This document shows, in pieces, positions 15,450-24,812 of a DNA stretch of 32,000 bases. Both the position numbers and the translations under genes were made by a program. Location: positions 188,191 to 220,190 of the forward strand of contig CAXXGC010000008.1 in assembly GCA_963667875.2 (NCBI GenBank), given 5' to 3'. Below the pieces are notes generated by a model, which worked only from the letters and a program-made list of their open reading frames with translations, ran no database searches and was not told the origin of the DNA. The stretch is from Melioribacteraceae bacterium (GTDB taxonomy: Bacteria; Bacteroidota; Ignavibacteria; Ignavibacteriales; Melioribacteraceae). The stretch's first letter is position 1, and each line of letters starts with the position of its first letter.

Positions 15450-16589
15450 TTATTTTTTATTCTTTTTTACTGATATTTTTGAATTTGTTGTTTCCAAATA
15501 TATTTTATCGCCGCCGCCGTTAATGGAATAACTTGCGGTTATGTTGCCGCTTTTATTGCTTTTTTTCAAAGAAGTCGGTTCAAAATCCGAATCAATTTGC
15601 GGTTCATCCTCATCATACCAACCCCAATCTCTTATTTTTGCATCAACGTAAGCTTTTGCATTTGACGGCAGATATAAATTAATATCACCCGAACTCGATT
15701 TTATTACCGAATTCCAGCCGCCGGTAGGGGTTAGTTCAACATTAACTTCACCGGCCATTGTATTTGCGTCTATACTTCCAACAATACCATACAGTTTAAG
15801 ATCACCGGCACCGCTTTCAACAGTTATTTTGCCTTTTGCGCCATTTAAAGTAATATCACCGCCCATAGTTTTTAACTTGCCGTTTCCGTTCATAAAACCT
15901 GTATTAATATCACCGCCATTTGTTGTCAACTCGGAATCATCTCCAATGTCACCAACTTTAATATCACCGCCATAAGTATGAAGATTAAGGCCTTTAATCG
16001 ATTTTTTTATTCTGATATCGCCGCCCATGGTTTCAATTCTAACAATTTCACCGGAAAGTGTGCCCAAATATATTTCGCCGCCCATGGTTTTAAGGTCAAG
16101 TTTCCCTGTAACATCCATACCTCTAATATCACCGCCGGCCGAAAAAGCATTCAAATCGCCTTTAATGTTTGCAAAATGTACTTCGCCGCCTGATGTTTTT
16201 AGATAAACATTTCCGGTTATTTCATCTCTTAATTTAATATCACCAAAATTAGCTTTAATACTTAAATTTATTTGTTTTGGAACAGTTACACGCAAATCAT
16301 AAGAGGCCCAGCCATCTTCATAATTAGGTGTTACGTACAACCAACTTCCGCTTTGTTTATATTTTAAAGGATTCCCATATTCTTCATCTTCACTTTCAAT
16401 TCTTATTAATACTTCGTCTTTATTCCAAGTATCAACCGTAATATTCCCCTGTATTAAATCAAATTCTACTTTTCCCCCTTTTTGCATTTGAAAAGACTTT
16501 GTAGATCCGTTATTTGTTATATTTTCTGCTTTAGCAGTATTTATAATTAACAGCAATAAAAGTAAATTTATATATTTAAAGTATCTCAT
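15450..16589 (-). CDS. DUF4097-like secreted beta-helical repeat protein, paralog
   Basis: 379 aa with a signal-like N-terminus (MRYFKYINLLLLLLIINTAKA) and repeated [ST]xGG[DE]I units (TSGGEV, SAGGDI, TMGGEI, TMGGDI, TYGGDI, TNGGDI ...). There is a 15-nt gap to the downstream paralog. Confidence 0.7.
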   Translation of the reverse strand: MRYFKYINLLLLLLIINTAKAENITNNGSTKSFQMQKGGKVEFDLIQGNITVDTWNKDEVLIRIESEDEEYGNPLKYKQSGSWLYVTPNYEDGWASYDLRVTVPKQINLSIKANFGDIKLRDEITGNVYLKTSGGEVHFANIKGDLNAFSAGGDIRGMDVTGKLDLKTMGGEIYLGTLSGEIVRIETMGGDIRIKKSIKGLNLHTYGGDIKVGDIGDDSELTTNGGDINTGFMNGNGKLKTMGGDITLNGAKGKITVESGAGDLKLYGIVGSIDANTMAGEVNVELTPTGGWNSVIKSSSGDINLYLPSNAKAYVDAKIRDWGWYDEDEPQIDSDFEPTSLKKSNKSGNITASYSINGGGDKIYLETTNSKISVKKNKK

Positions 16590-16590
16590 A

Positions 16591-17553
16591 TTATATAGCC
16601 TCCTTCAGCATTGAAGCGGCACGAACACGGATTAATTTATTTTCGTCATTTGCAGCTTGCTCGCTTAATACCGATTTTGTTTTTTCATCAATTTTATATC
16701 CTTCCGTATGAAGCTGATTTATTGCATTAATTGCTTCAATTCGTAATCCCGAATTTGTATCATTTGTAAGCACAAACAAAAATGCATCGCGTATTTTATC
16801 ATCAGCCGGAAATTTTGTTAAAGTTAATAATGCTTCTCTTCTAACACCCGGATTTTTATCCAATTTAATTGTATTAATTAATGCGTCTTTAATTTTATAA
16901 TCATTTACAAATTTACCGTTCTCCTGCGAGGAAATGGTGTTTATACTTTTCATTTTTACGCCGTCATTATTAGAATTGGTTAATGCCATAGCTAATAATT
17001 TTTTAGTTCTTTCATCGTTAAAATTACCTTTATAATAAACTTTTTTTACTGCTTCAAACCCAAGTTCTATTTCACCTGTCTGCGCATTGGTGGTAATAAA
17101 ACTTACATTTGTAATAGCAAAATCATCACTAATCGACTTATTGCTTATATCCACAATTTCAGTTGATGAATTGTTTATTTTCGAAACTCCCATATATAAA
17201 GCGGAATATCCTATTAATAAGCCAACTAATAACGACCCAAATGATCCAAATGCTAATTTATGCTCATAAATAAATGAATCTTCAAAATATTCTTTAATTT
17301 TTTGCCAAATTGTTTTTTTATTATTTAGTTCCTGCAAATGTTTTAATAATTCAACACGTGCCATTACAAGTTGTCTTTCGTTTATTTTAGGTTTATTGGC
17401 CGAATACAATTCAAACATTTTTTTCTGCTCTTCATATTCCTGTCTGCATTCATCACATTCAAAAAGATGATTTTCGACAATTTGTTTTTCCTCATTTCCC
17501 AACTCTTCCAATAACGATAAAGCGATTAATTCTTTTATATTTTCGTGTGTCAT
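16591..17553 (-). CDS. Anti-sigma factor (zf-HC2 N-terminus, one TM helix, C-terminal HEAT-like repeats)
   Basis: The H-x3-C-x2-C motif (HLFECDEC) is near the N-terminus. A single hydrophobic helix follows (FGSFGSLLVGLLIGYSALYMG). The C-terminus has repeated D.N.GVRREAL / DTNSGLRIEAI / DENKLIRVRAA HEAT-type motifs. It lies immediately downstream (12 nt) of the ECF sigma gene. Confidence 0.7.
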   Translation of the reverse strand: MTHENIKELIALSLLEELGNEEKQIVENHLFECDECRQEYEEQKKMFELYSANKPKINERQLVMARVELLKHLQELNNKKTIWQKIKEYFEDSFIYEHKLAFGSFGSLLVGLLIGYSALYMGVSKINNSSTEIVDISNKSISDDFAITNVSFITTNAQTGEIELGFEAVKKVYYKGNFNDERTKKLLAMALTNSNNDGVKMKSINTISSQENGKFVNDYKIKDALINTIKLDKNPGVRREALLTLTKFPADDKIRDAFLFVLTNDTNSGLRIEAINAINQLHTEGYKIDEKTKSVLSEQAANDENKLIRVRAASMLKEAI

Positions 17554-17565
17554 TTTTGTTAAATC

Positions 17566-18138
17566 CTAATTTTGTAAAACAGGTTGTAAAATAGATCTTA
17601 AACGGTGTGTTGCGTTAAATAAGTACCTTTTTACCGTACCTTCATTACAGTTCATTATTTTTGCTATCTCTTTTATTTTATATTCATTATAATGCTTTAG
17701 TGTAAAAGCCAACTTTTGCTGAACGGGCAAAGTTTCCAAAGCATCATTAATTAGTTTGTTAGTTTCATTGTTAAGCAGATTTTCATCTGTTTTCTCCAAA
17801 GAAGGGATTGAGTCCGAAAATTTTTCATCGCTGTCTTCAAATTCCACATCAAGCGAATCGTGAACATGTCTCTTTTTTTGTGTGTTCAGCGTAATGCAAA
17901 CATTTGTTGCAATTCTAAACAGCCAAGTCGAAAATTCACTTTTGAATTGAAAGCTTTTTAACCCCTTATATACTCTGATAAACACTTCCTGGTATATATC
18001 TTTTGCTTCATCTTCATCATTCTTAAAAGAATACGCAATGTTTAATACCTGCCTATCATACTTATAAATAAGTTGTTCAAAGGCTTTCATATCACCTTCT
18101 TGGGCTTTTTTAATTAATTTAATTTCATTTTCAGTCAT
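17566..18138 (-). CDS. ECF-type RNA polymerase sigma-70 family factor
   Basis: 190 aa. Region 2 is DIYQEVFIRVYKGLKSF...FSTWLFRIATNVCI. The region 4 helix-turn-helix is YKIKEIAKIMNCNEGTVKRYLFNATHRLR. Confidence 0.9.
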   Translation of the reverse strand: MTENEIKLIKKAQEGDMKAFEQLIYKYDRQVLNIAYSFKNDEDEAKDIYQEVFIRVYKGLKSFQFKSEFSTWLFRIATNVCITLNTQKKRHVHDSLDVEFEDSDEKFSDSIPSLEKTDENLLNNETNKLINDALETLPVQQKLAFTLKHYNEYKIKEIAKIMNCNEGTVKRYLFNATHRLRSILQPVLQN

Positions 18139-18163
18139 ATGTCATCAAAATGTTTCTATTAAT

Positions 18164-18189
18164 TTAGACTAATTATTTTGATTAAGGTT
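18164..18189 (-). promoter_or_regulatory. Candidate ECF (sigma-E-like) autoregulated promoter
   Basis: The minus strand reads AACCTT-N14-GTCTAA. The 18-nt AAC-to-TCTAA spacing equals that of the GGAACTT-N16-TCNAA type consensus. The -10-like element lies about 26 nt upstream of the sigma factor start codon. This is a motif match only. Confidence 0.3.
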
Positions 18190-18379
18190 GTAATTTTCTT
18201 AAAAAATTTTATTTTTTTCATTTTGTTTATCCGTTTTGTATAAATATCAGCTTCATTATTGCTATTTTTGTATAATGGAAAATTAGATTTAAATAAAATT
18301 AAAATTAACATTTTTTTATTGCGGAAAATATTAAAAAAAATAAAAATTTTAACTCTATAATTATTCTTGCAGAGGCATT

Positions 18380-19849
18380 ATGAAAATTGCTTACATATCC
18401 GGTGAGGTTGTCCCTTTTGCAAAAACAGGGGGATTGGCTGATGTAGCCGGTGCTTTGCCAATAGCATTACAAAATTTGGGCTGTGAAGTTAAAGTATTTA
18501 TGCCTAAATATTATTCTATTGAAGAAAAACGATTTAATTTAGAGTATTTAACTAATATTGGCGAAATTAAAATACGTGCCGGAGGTTTTTCTCATCCGGT
18601 TCATTTTTATAAAGGATTATTGCCTAATTCGGCAGTAGAAATTTATTTTATCGATTATCCTAATTTTTTTCATCGTCACAAATTATATACTAACGATTAC
18701 GATGAGGATTTACGTTTTATTCTGTTTTCAAAAGCAGTTATTGAATTAACCCAACATTTGAAGTGGGTACCCGATGTTTTCCACTGTAATGACTGGCAGA
18801 CCGCTTTAATTCCTTTACTTGTTAAAGATAATTACAGCTGGGATAGATTATTTGATAATTCCGCATTCCTTTTTACAATTCATAATATCGGTTATCAAGG
18901 CCGATTTTCGCATGGTGCATTGTTAAATGCCGAAATAAACGGCAAATACTATTACCCGGGCGGTCCTGTTGAGTTTGAAAACGGCGTAAATTTTATGAAA
19001 GCCGGTATTCATTTTAGTGATATTATAAATACTGTAAGTGAAACTTATGCCCGTGAATTGTTAACCGTTGAATATGGGCATGGTTTAAATAACGTGCTTT
19101 GGCAAAAAAAAGAAGATTTGTACGGTATTGTTAACGGTGTTGATTATTCCGTGTGGAATCCCGAAACTGATAAATTTATACCGGCAAACTATTCCAGTAT
19201 TGATTTCAGCGGGAAATATAGAGATAAAGAAGCTTTATTAAAGTATTTTAATTTGCCGTATAATCCCGATATACCTGTAATTGGAATAATTTCCCGCCTT
19301 GCTGTTCAAAAAGGATTTGATATTTTATCGGACGCAATGGGCGAACTTATAAAATTAAACGCTCAATGGATAATTTTGGGAAGCGGAGAATATAAATATG
19401 AAGACATGTTCCGCAGTTTGGCTTATTACCATCCGCATAAAGTTGGTGTTTATTTTGGTTATAATAACGAACTATCGCATTTGATTGAAGCAGGTTCCGA
19501 TATATTTTTAATGCCGTCTCATTACGAACCTTGCGGACTAAATCAAATTTATTCGTTAAAATATGGAACGGTTCCCGTGGTTAGAAAAACCGGAGGGTTA
19601 GCTGATACCGTACACGATTGGCATGAATACAGTTTTTACGGAATGGATAATGGAAATGGTTTTTCATTTAACGATTACACGGGTTATGCGTTATTAACTT
19701 CGGTAGAACGTGCGTTAAAGTTGTTTTATGATAAATCAACCTGGCGAAAAATTCAATCCAATGGTATGAATGAAGAATACAGCTGGGATCATGCCGCAAA
19801 ACAATATATAATTTTGTACGAAAAAGCATTAAAAAAACGACTCGGATAA
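18380..19849 (+). CDS. glgA: Glycogen (starch) synthase
   Basis: 489 aa. The N-terminal MKIAYISGEVVPFAKTGGLADVAGALP (KTGGL motif) and the C-terminal EPCGLNQIYSLKYGTVPVVRKTGGLADTV are hallmarks of GT5 GlgA. Confidence 0.9.
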   Translation: MKIAYISGEVVPFAKTGGLADVAGALPIALQNLGCEVKVFMPKYYSIEEKRFNLEYLTNIGEIKIRAGGFSHPVHFYKGLLPNSAVEIYFIDYPNFFHRHKLYTNDYDEDLRFILFSKAVIELTQHLKWVPDVFHCNDWQTALIPLLVKDNYSWDRLFDNSAFLFTIHNIGYQGRFSHGALLNAEINGKYYYPGGPVEFENGVNFMKAGIHFSDIINTVSETYARELLTVEYGHGLNNVLWQKKEDLYGIVNGVDYSVWNPETDKFIPANYSSIDFSGKYRDKEALLKYFNLPYNPDIPVIGIISRLAVQKGFDILSDAMGELIKLNAQWIILGSGEYKYEDMFRSLAYYHPHKVGVYFGYNNELSHLIEAGSDIFLMPSHYEPCGLNQIYSLKYGTVPVVRKTGGLADTVHDWHEYSFYGMDNGNGFSFNDYTGYALLTSVERALKLFYDKSTWRKIQSNGMNEEYSWDHAAKQYIILYEKALKKRLG

Positions 19850-19851
19850 AT

Positions 19852-20982
19852 TTAATATTCAAATAGTAGTAAAATCTCATCGCATAAAGGAAATCCTTTT
19901 GACGTAAGAGATATTTTATAACCTTCCATTTTTAAATATCCATCCTTTTCCATTATTCTTAATAATCTTTTGTTTTTATTAAGCCATTCGTTATTAATTA
20001 ACTCCAAACGCCTGATATTAATACCGGTACTGCGCAATCCCATCAAAACGAATTCTTCTGTTTTTTGTTTGTCCGTTAATTTTTCCGAAGACATTACGGC
20101 ATGTAGATTTTTATTAATTGCGGAAGTATAAAAATTTAAAGCCGTAAAATTATTCCATCTTATACCATCCATAAAAGAATGTGCTGACGGTCCTAATCCT
20201 AAATAATCGTTATATTCCCAATAATATTTATTATGCTCGCACTGGTACCCTTTTTTTGCAAAATTTGATACTTCGTATTGAATAAATTCCTTTTCTGTTA
20301 AAAACTCAATTGTTCTTTCGTATAAATCAGCATCATAATCTTCATCGTTTATTTTTATTTTGCCGTCCAATATCTGTTTGTTAAGTATTGTTCCGGGTTC
20401 AACTATTAAACTATAACACGAAATATGATTGATTGGCAAGCTTATGGCTTCCTTTAAATTATATTCCCACTTTTCTTTAGTCTGTTTAGGAAGATTAAAA
20501 ATCAAATCCAAATTAATATTATTAAAACCGACTTCTTTTGCCGCAAAAATCATTTCTTTTGCCTGTTCTGCTGTATGTATTCGTGTAAGATATCGCAAGT
20601 CATCGTTTTCAAACGATTGAACTCCAATACTGAGTCTGTTTACACCAATATTTTTTATTTCAGTCAGCTTATCTTTATTTAATGTACCCGGATTTGCTTC
20701 AATAGTAATTTCAGGTTCAAATGTTGAATGAAATTTTTTAAACAAATAATTAATAATATCACCCAATAATTTGGGCTCTAAAATTGAAGGAGTACCTCCG
20801 CCAAAAAATATTGTACCAATAGAATAATCTTTATTATACTTTTCGGCGTAAAAATCTATTTCTTTATATAACGAAACAAGGTAATCATTTATCCCGTCAT
20901 GTTTAATTATGGAATAAAAATCACAATATATACATTTGTGATAACAAAACGGTACATGTATGTAACAAGCAAATTTTTTCAA
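19852..20982 (-). CDS. hemW: Radical SAM heme chaperone HemW (oxygen-independent coproporphyrinogen-III oxidase-like)
   Basis: 376 aa. It has the CxxxCxxC radical SAM cluster motif in HVPFCYHKCIYCDF, GGGTPS, and a HemN-C-like tail. The short length fits HemW rather than HemN. Confidence 0.8.
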   Translation of the reverse strand: MKKFACYIHVPFCYHKCIYCDFYSIIKHDGINDYLVSLYKEIDFYAEKYNKDYSIGTIFFGGGTPSILEPKLLGDIINYLFKKFHSTFEPEITIEANPGTLNKDKLTEIKNIGVNRLSIGVQSFENDDLRYLTRIHTAEQAKEMIFAAKEVGFNNINLDLIFNLPKQTKEKWEYNLKEAISLPINHISCYSLIVEPGTILNKQILDGKIKINDEDYDADLYERTIEFLTEKEFIQYEVSNFAKKGYQCEHNKYYWEYNDYLGLGPSAHSFMDGIRWNNFTALNFYTSAINKNLHAVMSSEKLTDKQKTEEFVLMGLRSTGINIRRLELINNEWLNKNKRLLRIMEKDGYLKMEGYKISLTSKGFPLCDEILLLFEY

Positions 20983-21061
20983 TATTCATTTTTTATTAGT
21001 AATTGATGTTTTAATTTAATAATTTATTTAATAATATAGAACTTTTTTTTTGGAGGATAAA

Positions 21062-21490
21062 ATGAGTAATATTGATACAGCAATTGCAATTGCTGTAAAA
21101 GCCCATTCCGGGCATACTGATATTGGCGGAGCTCCCTACATACTTCACCCATTGCGTGTAATGCTTAAAATGAAAACTGAAGTAGAAATGATTGTTGCGG
21201 TTTTGCATGACGTTATTGAAGATTCCGAGCTTTCAATTGGCAGTCTTGAAAAAGCCGGATTTTCCAAAGAAATAATTGAAGCTATTAGAATAGTTACCCG
21301 TACGGAATTTTCTTCGTATGACGATTATATTTCAACAATTCAAACTAATCAAATTGCTACAAAAGTTAAACTTGCAGATATTGAAGATAATATGAATTTA
21401 TTACGACTTAATACTCTTGATGAAAAAGCTATTAAACGATTACACAAATATTTTACAAGCCACAAAAAACTATCCGGTTTAAAATTTTAG
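21062..21490 (+). CDS. HD-domain protein, small (p)ppGpp-hydrolase-like (SpoT/Mesh1-type HD_4)
   Basis: The H...HP...LHDVIEDS pattern (AHSGHTDIGGAPYILHPLRV...AVLHDVIEDS) and a later KLADIEDN motif. I prefer the ATG at 21062, 5 nt after GGAGG, to the TTG at 21050 used in the ORF track. Confidence 0.6.
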   Translation: MSNIDTAIAIAVKAHSGHTDIGGAPYILHPLRVMLKMKTEVEMIVAVLHDVIEDSELSIGSLEKAGFSKEIIEAIRIVTRTEFSSYDDYISTIQTNQIATKVKLADIEDNMNLLRLNTLDEKAIKRLHKYFTSHKKLSGLKF

Positions 21491-21499
21491 AGGTACTAG

Positions 21500-22603
21500 A
21501 TGGAAACAAAAATTCACCCAAAACTAAAATCCGAATTGCTTGCCATGAAATACTTAAAAATATTTTTCCCTGTTATAGGGATTATAATTTTTTGTGTTAT
21601 TTCATTTATATTTATCCAGCAGATAAACTCGCATAACCAGCCAATAAGTGAATCGTTGTTAATGCTGGGTGCGGGTTTTTTAGGAGCCGCCCTTTTTATT
21701 GGTCTATCTTTTGCGTTGCGCAAACAAGAAACAACATTACAAACGGCAAATAGAATTCTTGTTAATTCAAAACCCGAAAAGAAAATTTTAAACGCTACAA
21801 ATATTATAAGTTTTAAAGGTGGTGTTTATTACTTAACCGATACTATTGGTGAAAATCCCAAGGATGCAAAGTTTATTACAATAGCCACCTCAAAAAATAA
21901 GGTGCCTCAAAAACCTCCGGTTGAAATTAATTTTTATGCAGACTTAAATATTGATAAAAATATTATTATTATCGAGGATGCTAAAAATATTTTTGTCGGG
22001 GCTCTAAAATCAAAAAACGTTGCCAAAGAAGAATTAACCAAAACAATTAAATATACTCCTTATTTAGTTGGCATTGGAGCATTAATACCGGTTGTTCTTT
22101 TGTTTGTGTTTTGGCATCATATTTCGGAATCAAAAGATTTTGAAAAATATGTGCAGGCTTCATTTAAGTGGAAATCAGTTCCGGGAGAAATAATTAATTC
22201 GCACATTGAAACAATTAAAATAAAAAGGAATAAAAAATATGTTGACGGATTTAGGGCCAATGTTAAATATGCCTATTCCGTGGATAAAAGACCGTTTATT
22301 TCTGAAATGGTTAGTCTTGATTATGTAGCCACAACGGATATTAATGACGCAAAAATAATTTTACGCCAATTTCCTAAAAACCAAGCTGTAAACGTTTTTT
22401 ACGATCCTCATAATTATAATGTTTCGTATTTATTGCCTGCCAATCTTGCCGGTATAAAATCGCATAATAAAGTTTTATTTTACACAATGGTTGCGCTAAT
22501 TTTTGTTTTAATTATTGTTGCAGTTGTACTTGTTTTTGTATTAAAAAGAACAAATGAAAAACAATTAAAACTTCTTAATTCATTGGAGAGTAGTTATAAA
22601 TAA
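21500..22603 (+). CDS. Membrane protein with C-terminal DUF3592-like domain
   Basis: 367 aa with two N-terminal TM helices, a third TM, and then the WKSVPGEIINSHIE...VKYAYSVDKRPFIS...VNVFYDPHNYNVSYL pattern typical of DUF3592. A final TM helix follows. It starts 9 nt after the HD gene. Confidence 0.55.
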   Translation: METKIHPKLKSELLAMKYLKIFFPVIGIIIFCVISFIFIQQINSHNQPISESLLMLGAGFLGAALFIGLSFALRKQETTLQTANRILVNSKPEKKILNATNIISFKGGVYYLTDTIGENPKDAKFITIATSKNKVPQKPPVEINFYADLNIDKNIIIIEDAKNIFVGALKSKNVAKEELTKTIKYTPYLVGIGALIPVVLLFVFWHHISESKDFEKYVQASFKWKSVPGEIINSHIETIKIKRNKKYVDGFRANVKYAYSVDKRPFISEMVSLDYVATTDINDAKIILRQFPKNQAVNVFYDPHNYNVSYLLPANLAGIKSHNKVLFYTMVALIFVLIIVAVVLVFVLKRTNEKQLKLLNSLESSYK

Positions 22604-23504
22604 AATAATTGCTATTGCCGGCGCAACAGGATTTATTGGCAAACATTTAGTTGATGTTTTGCTTAAACGAGGTGATGAAGTAATTATCATCAGCCGTGAT
22701 ATTAATAAGGCCAAACAAATATTCCCTTATGCTAAAAATATTATTACTTATAATGATAATTCAAATCTGCTAAATAATTGCACCACGTTTATTAATCTTG
22801 CCGGTGCGGAGGTATTAAAACAACGATGGACAAAAAGTTATAAAAACTTAATTCTTTCAAGCCGTATTAACAGTACAAAACTATTAATAAAAATAATTTC
22901 CAAATTAGAACATAAACCGGAATGTTTTATTAATGCATCGGCTATTGGTTATTATGGATCTTCGCTCGAAAAAATATTTACCGAAGACGACCAGCCCGGA
23001 ACCGATTTTTTGGCTCAGGTCTGCACAAAATGGGAAAACGAAGCAGCAAAAGTTTCGGTTTTTAATATCCGTCAAGTATCTGTCCGTATTGGAATTGTAC
23101 TTGGTAAAGACGGAGGTGCATTACCTAAAATGCTTTTGCCATATAAATTATTTGTTGGCGGCCCCATTGCCGGCGGCAAACAATGGTTTTCGTGGATACA
23201 TATAAATGACTTAACCGGGATATTTTTACACGCCATAAATAACACAAATATTACCGGACCTATTAATGCATCCGCCCCAAATCCTGTTACAAACAAACAA
23301 TTTGCAAAAGTTTTAGGGAAAACAATAAATCGACCTTCCTTTTTTAGCGTCCCTAAATTTGCCTTACAACTGTGGTATGGTGAAGGAGCGGAAACATTAA
23401 CAGAGGGAAACCGTGTAATACCGCAAAAAGCTATTGATACCGGTTATAAATTTTTATTCCCCGAATTGGAGAAAGCGTTAAAAGATTGTCTGAACCGTGA
23501 TTAA
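22596..23504 (+). CDS. TIGR01777-type NAD-dependent epimerase/dehydratase family protein (DUF1731 C-terminus); start codon uncertain
   Basis: The Rossmann motif IIAIAGATGFIGKHL is encoded at 22605-22649, upstream of the first canonical in-frame start (TTG 22659). The frame is open from 22569 with no ATG/GTG/TTG. An in-frame ATA at 22596 lies 5 nt after GGAGAG. The C-terminus (GGKQWFSWIHINDL ... RVIPQKAIDTGYKFLFPELEKAL) is typical of the family. Confidence 0.7.
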   Translation: MNKIIAIAGATGFIGKHLVDVLLKRGDEVIIISRDINKAKQIFPYAKNIITYNDNSNLLNNCTTFINLAGAEVLKQRWTKSYKNLILSSRINSTKLLIKIISKLEHKPECFINASAIGYYGSSLEKIFTEDDQPGTDFLAQVCTKWENEAAKVSVFNIRQVSVRIGIVLGKDGGALPKMLLPYKLFVGGPIAGGKQWFSWIHINDLTGIFLHAINNTNITGPINASAPNPVTNKQFAKVLGKTINRPSFFSVPKFALQLWYGEGAETLTEGNRVIPQKAIDTGYKFLFPELEKALKDCLNRD

Positions 23505-23696
23505 TTGTCTGAACTGTGATTTTTATGATTAGAATGATTATTGTGATTTTGTAATACATTCCATTCATAAACTGCAAAGTTGTTTAATGCCTGTAACAAA
23601 ATAATTTCCCCAATACTCAAACCTTCAGAAAGATTAAATGTTTTATTTATTTCATTCAATCTTTACCCTTTAACCTTTAGCACTTAACCTTATTCC

Positions 23697-24800
23697 TTAA
23701 TACCCTTTTTTCATTACCGATCTAAAATCCGCATCACCCATAATTTTTACTAATTCATCCAATCCTACTTTTGGCGACCAGCCCAATACTGTTTTAGCTT
23801 TTGTATAATCACCAATTAACATTTCCACTTCGGTGGGGCGATAATAATTTGGAGATACTTCTACCAAACAATCCCCCTTTTTAAGTTTGGCCAAAATATT
23901 TTGGTTTCCGTTTAATATTTCAACATCATTGTAATTAACGTAATTTACAATTCCTTTTTCGTTTTCGTTTTGGCCAATCCAATCTAATTTTACACCTAAA
24001 TTTTCAAACGCTTTTTCAACAAAATAACGTACGGTATAAGTGGTATTTGTGGACAGCACAAAATCTTCGGCTTTATTGTGCTGTAATATTCTCCACATGC
24101 CTTCGCAATATTCGGGAGCATAACCCCAGTCGCGTTTAGCGTTTAAATTACCAAGCAATAATTTATCCTGCCTGCCTGTAACAATACGGGCAGCGGCGCG
24201 TGTAATTTTTTTTGTAACAAATGTTTCCCCACGTCTGGGCGATTCGTGATTAAACAATATACCATTGCTTGCAAATAAATTATAAGCTTCTCTATAATTT
24301 ACAATAATCCAATAAGCATATAATTTAGCAACTCCGTAAGGCGAGCGCGGATAAAAAGGAGTAGTTTCATTTTGGGGAACTGCCTGCACTTTACCAAAAA
24401 GTTCACTTGTTGATGCCTGATAAAATTTTGTATTTTTTAATCCCATTTCGCGCATGGCATCCAAAAAACGGAGTGTGCCAAGAGCGTCAACCTGTGCAGT
24501 ATAATCGGGAATTTCAAAAGACACTTTAACATGACTTTGAGCAGCCAGATTATAAATTTCATCGGGTTGAATTTTTTCCAGAAGCCGGTTTAAATTACTT
24601 GTATCAACTAAATCGCCGTAATGTAAAAATAATTTTTTATCTATAATTTCTTTATCATTATATAAATGGTCAATACGCCCCGTATTAAAAGAACTGCTTC
24701 TTCTAATTATACCGTGCACCTGGTAACCTTTATCAAGTAATAATTCGGTTAAATAACTTCCGTCTTGTCCGGTAATTCCGGTAATAAGTGCTTTTTTCAT
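23697..24800 (-). CDS. gmd: GDP-mannose 4,6-dehydratase
   Basis: 367 aa. [47 protein letters not shown] and the following blocks are near-canonical Gmd sequence. Confidence 0.95.
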   Translation of the reverse strand: MKKALITGITGQDGSYLTELLLDKGYQVHGIIRRSSSFNTGRIDHLYNDKEIIDKKLFLHYGDLVDTSNLNRLLEKIQPDEIYNLAAQSHVKVSFEIPDYTAQVDALGTLRFLDAMREMGLKNTKFYQASTSELFGKVQAVPQNETTPFYPRSPYGVAKLYAYWIIVNYREAYNLFASNGILFNHESPRRGETFVTKKITRAAARIVTGRQDKLLLGNLNAKRDWGYAPEYCEGMWRILQHNKAEDFVLSTNTTYTVRYFVEKAFENLGVKLDWIGQNENEKGIVNYVNYNDVEILNGNQNILAKLKKGDCLVEVSPNYYRPTEVEMLIGDYTKAKTVLGWSPKVGLDELVKIMGDADFRSVMKKGY

Positions 24801-24812
24801 TTCTAAAACCTT

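Noticed and set aside
14518-16193. ORFs on the + strand with SPPIV-type repeats (14518-14817, 14887-15180, 15978-16193), and a 54-nt periodic CCGCCCAT(A/G)GTT motif.
   Set aside because: They are the antisense shadow of the TMGG[DE]I 18-aa coding repeats of the two DUF4097-like genes. The minus-strand genes have signal peptides and an operon context.
23485-23521. Tandem 18-nt duplication ATTGTCTGAAC[C/T]GTGATT spanning the stop codon of the epimerase-family gene.
   Set aside because: There are only two copies with one mismatch, in a low-complexity TGATT-rich 3' region. It is most simply a replication-slippage scar, and I can attach no functional inference to it.
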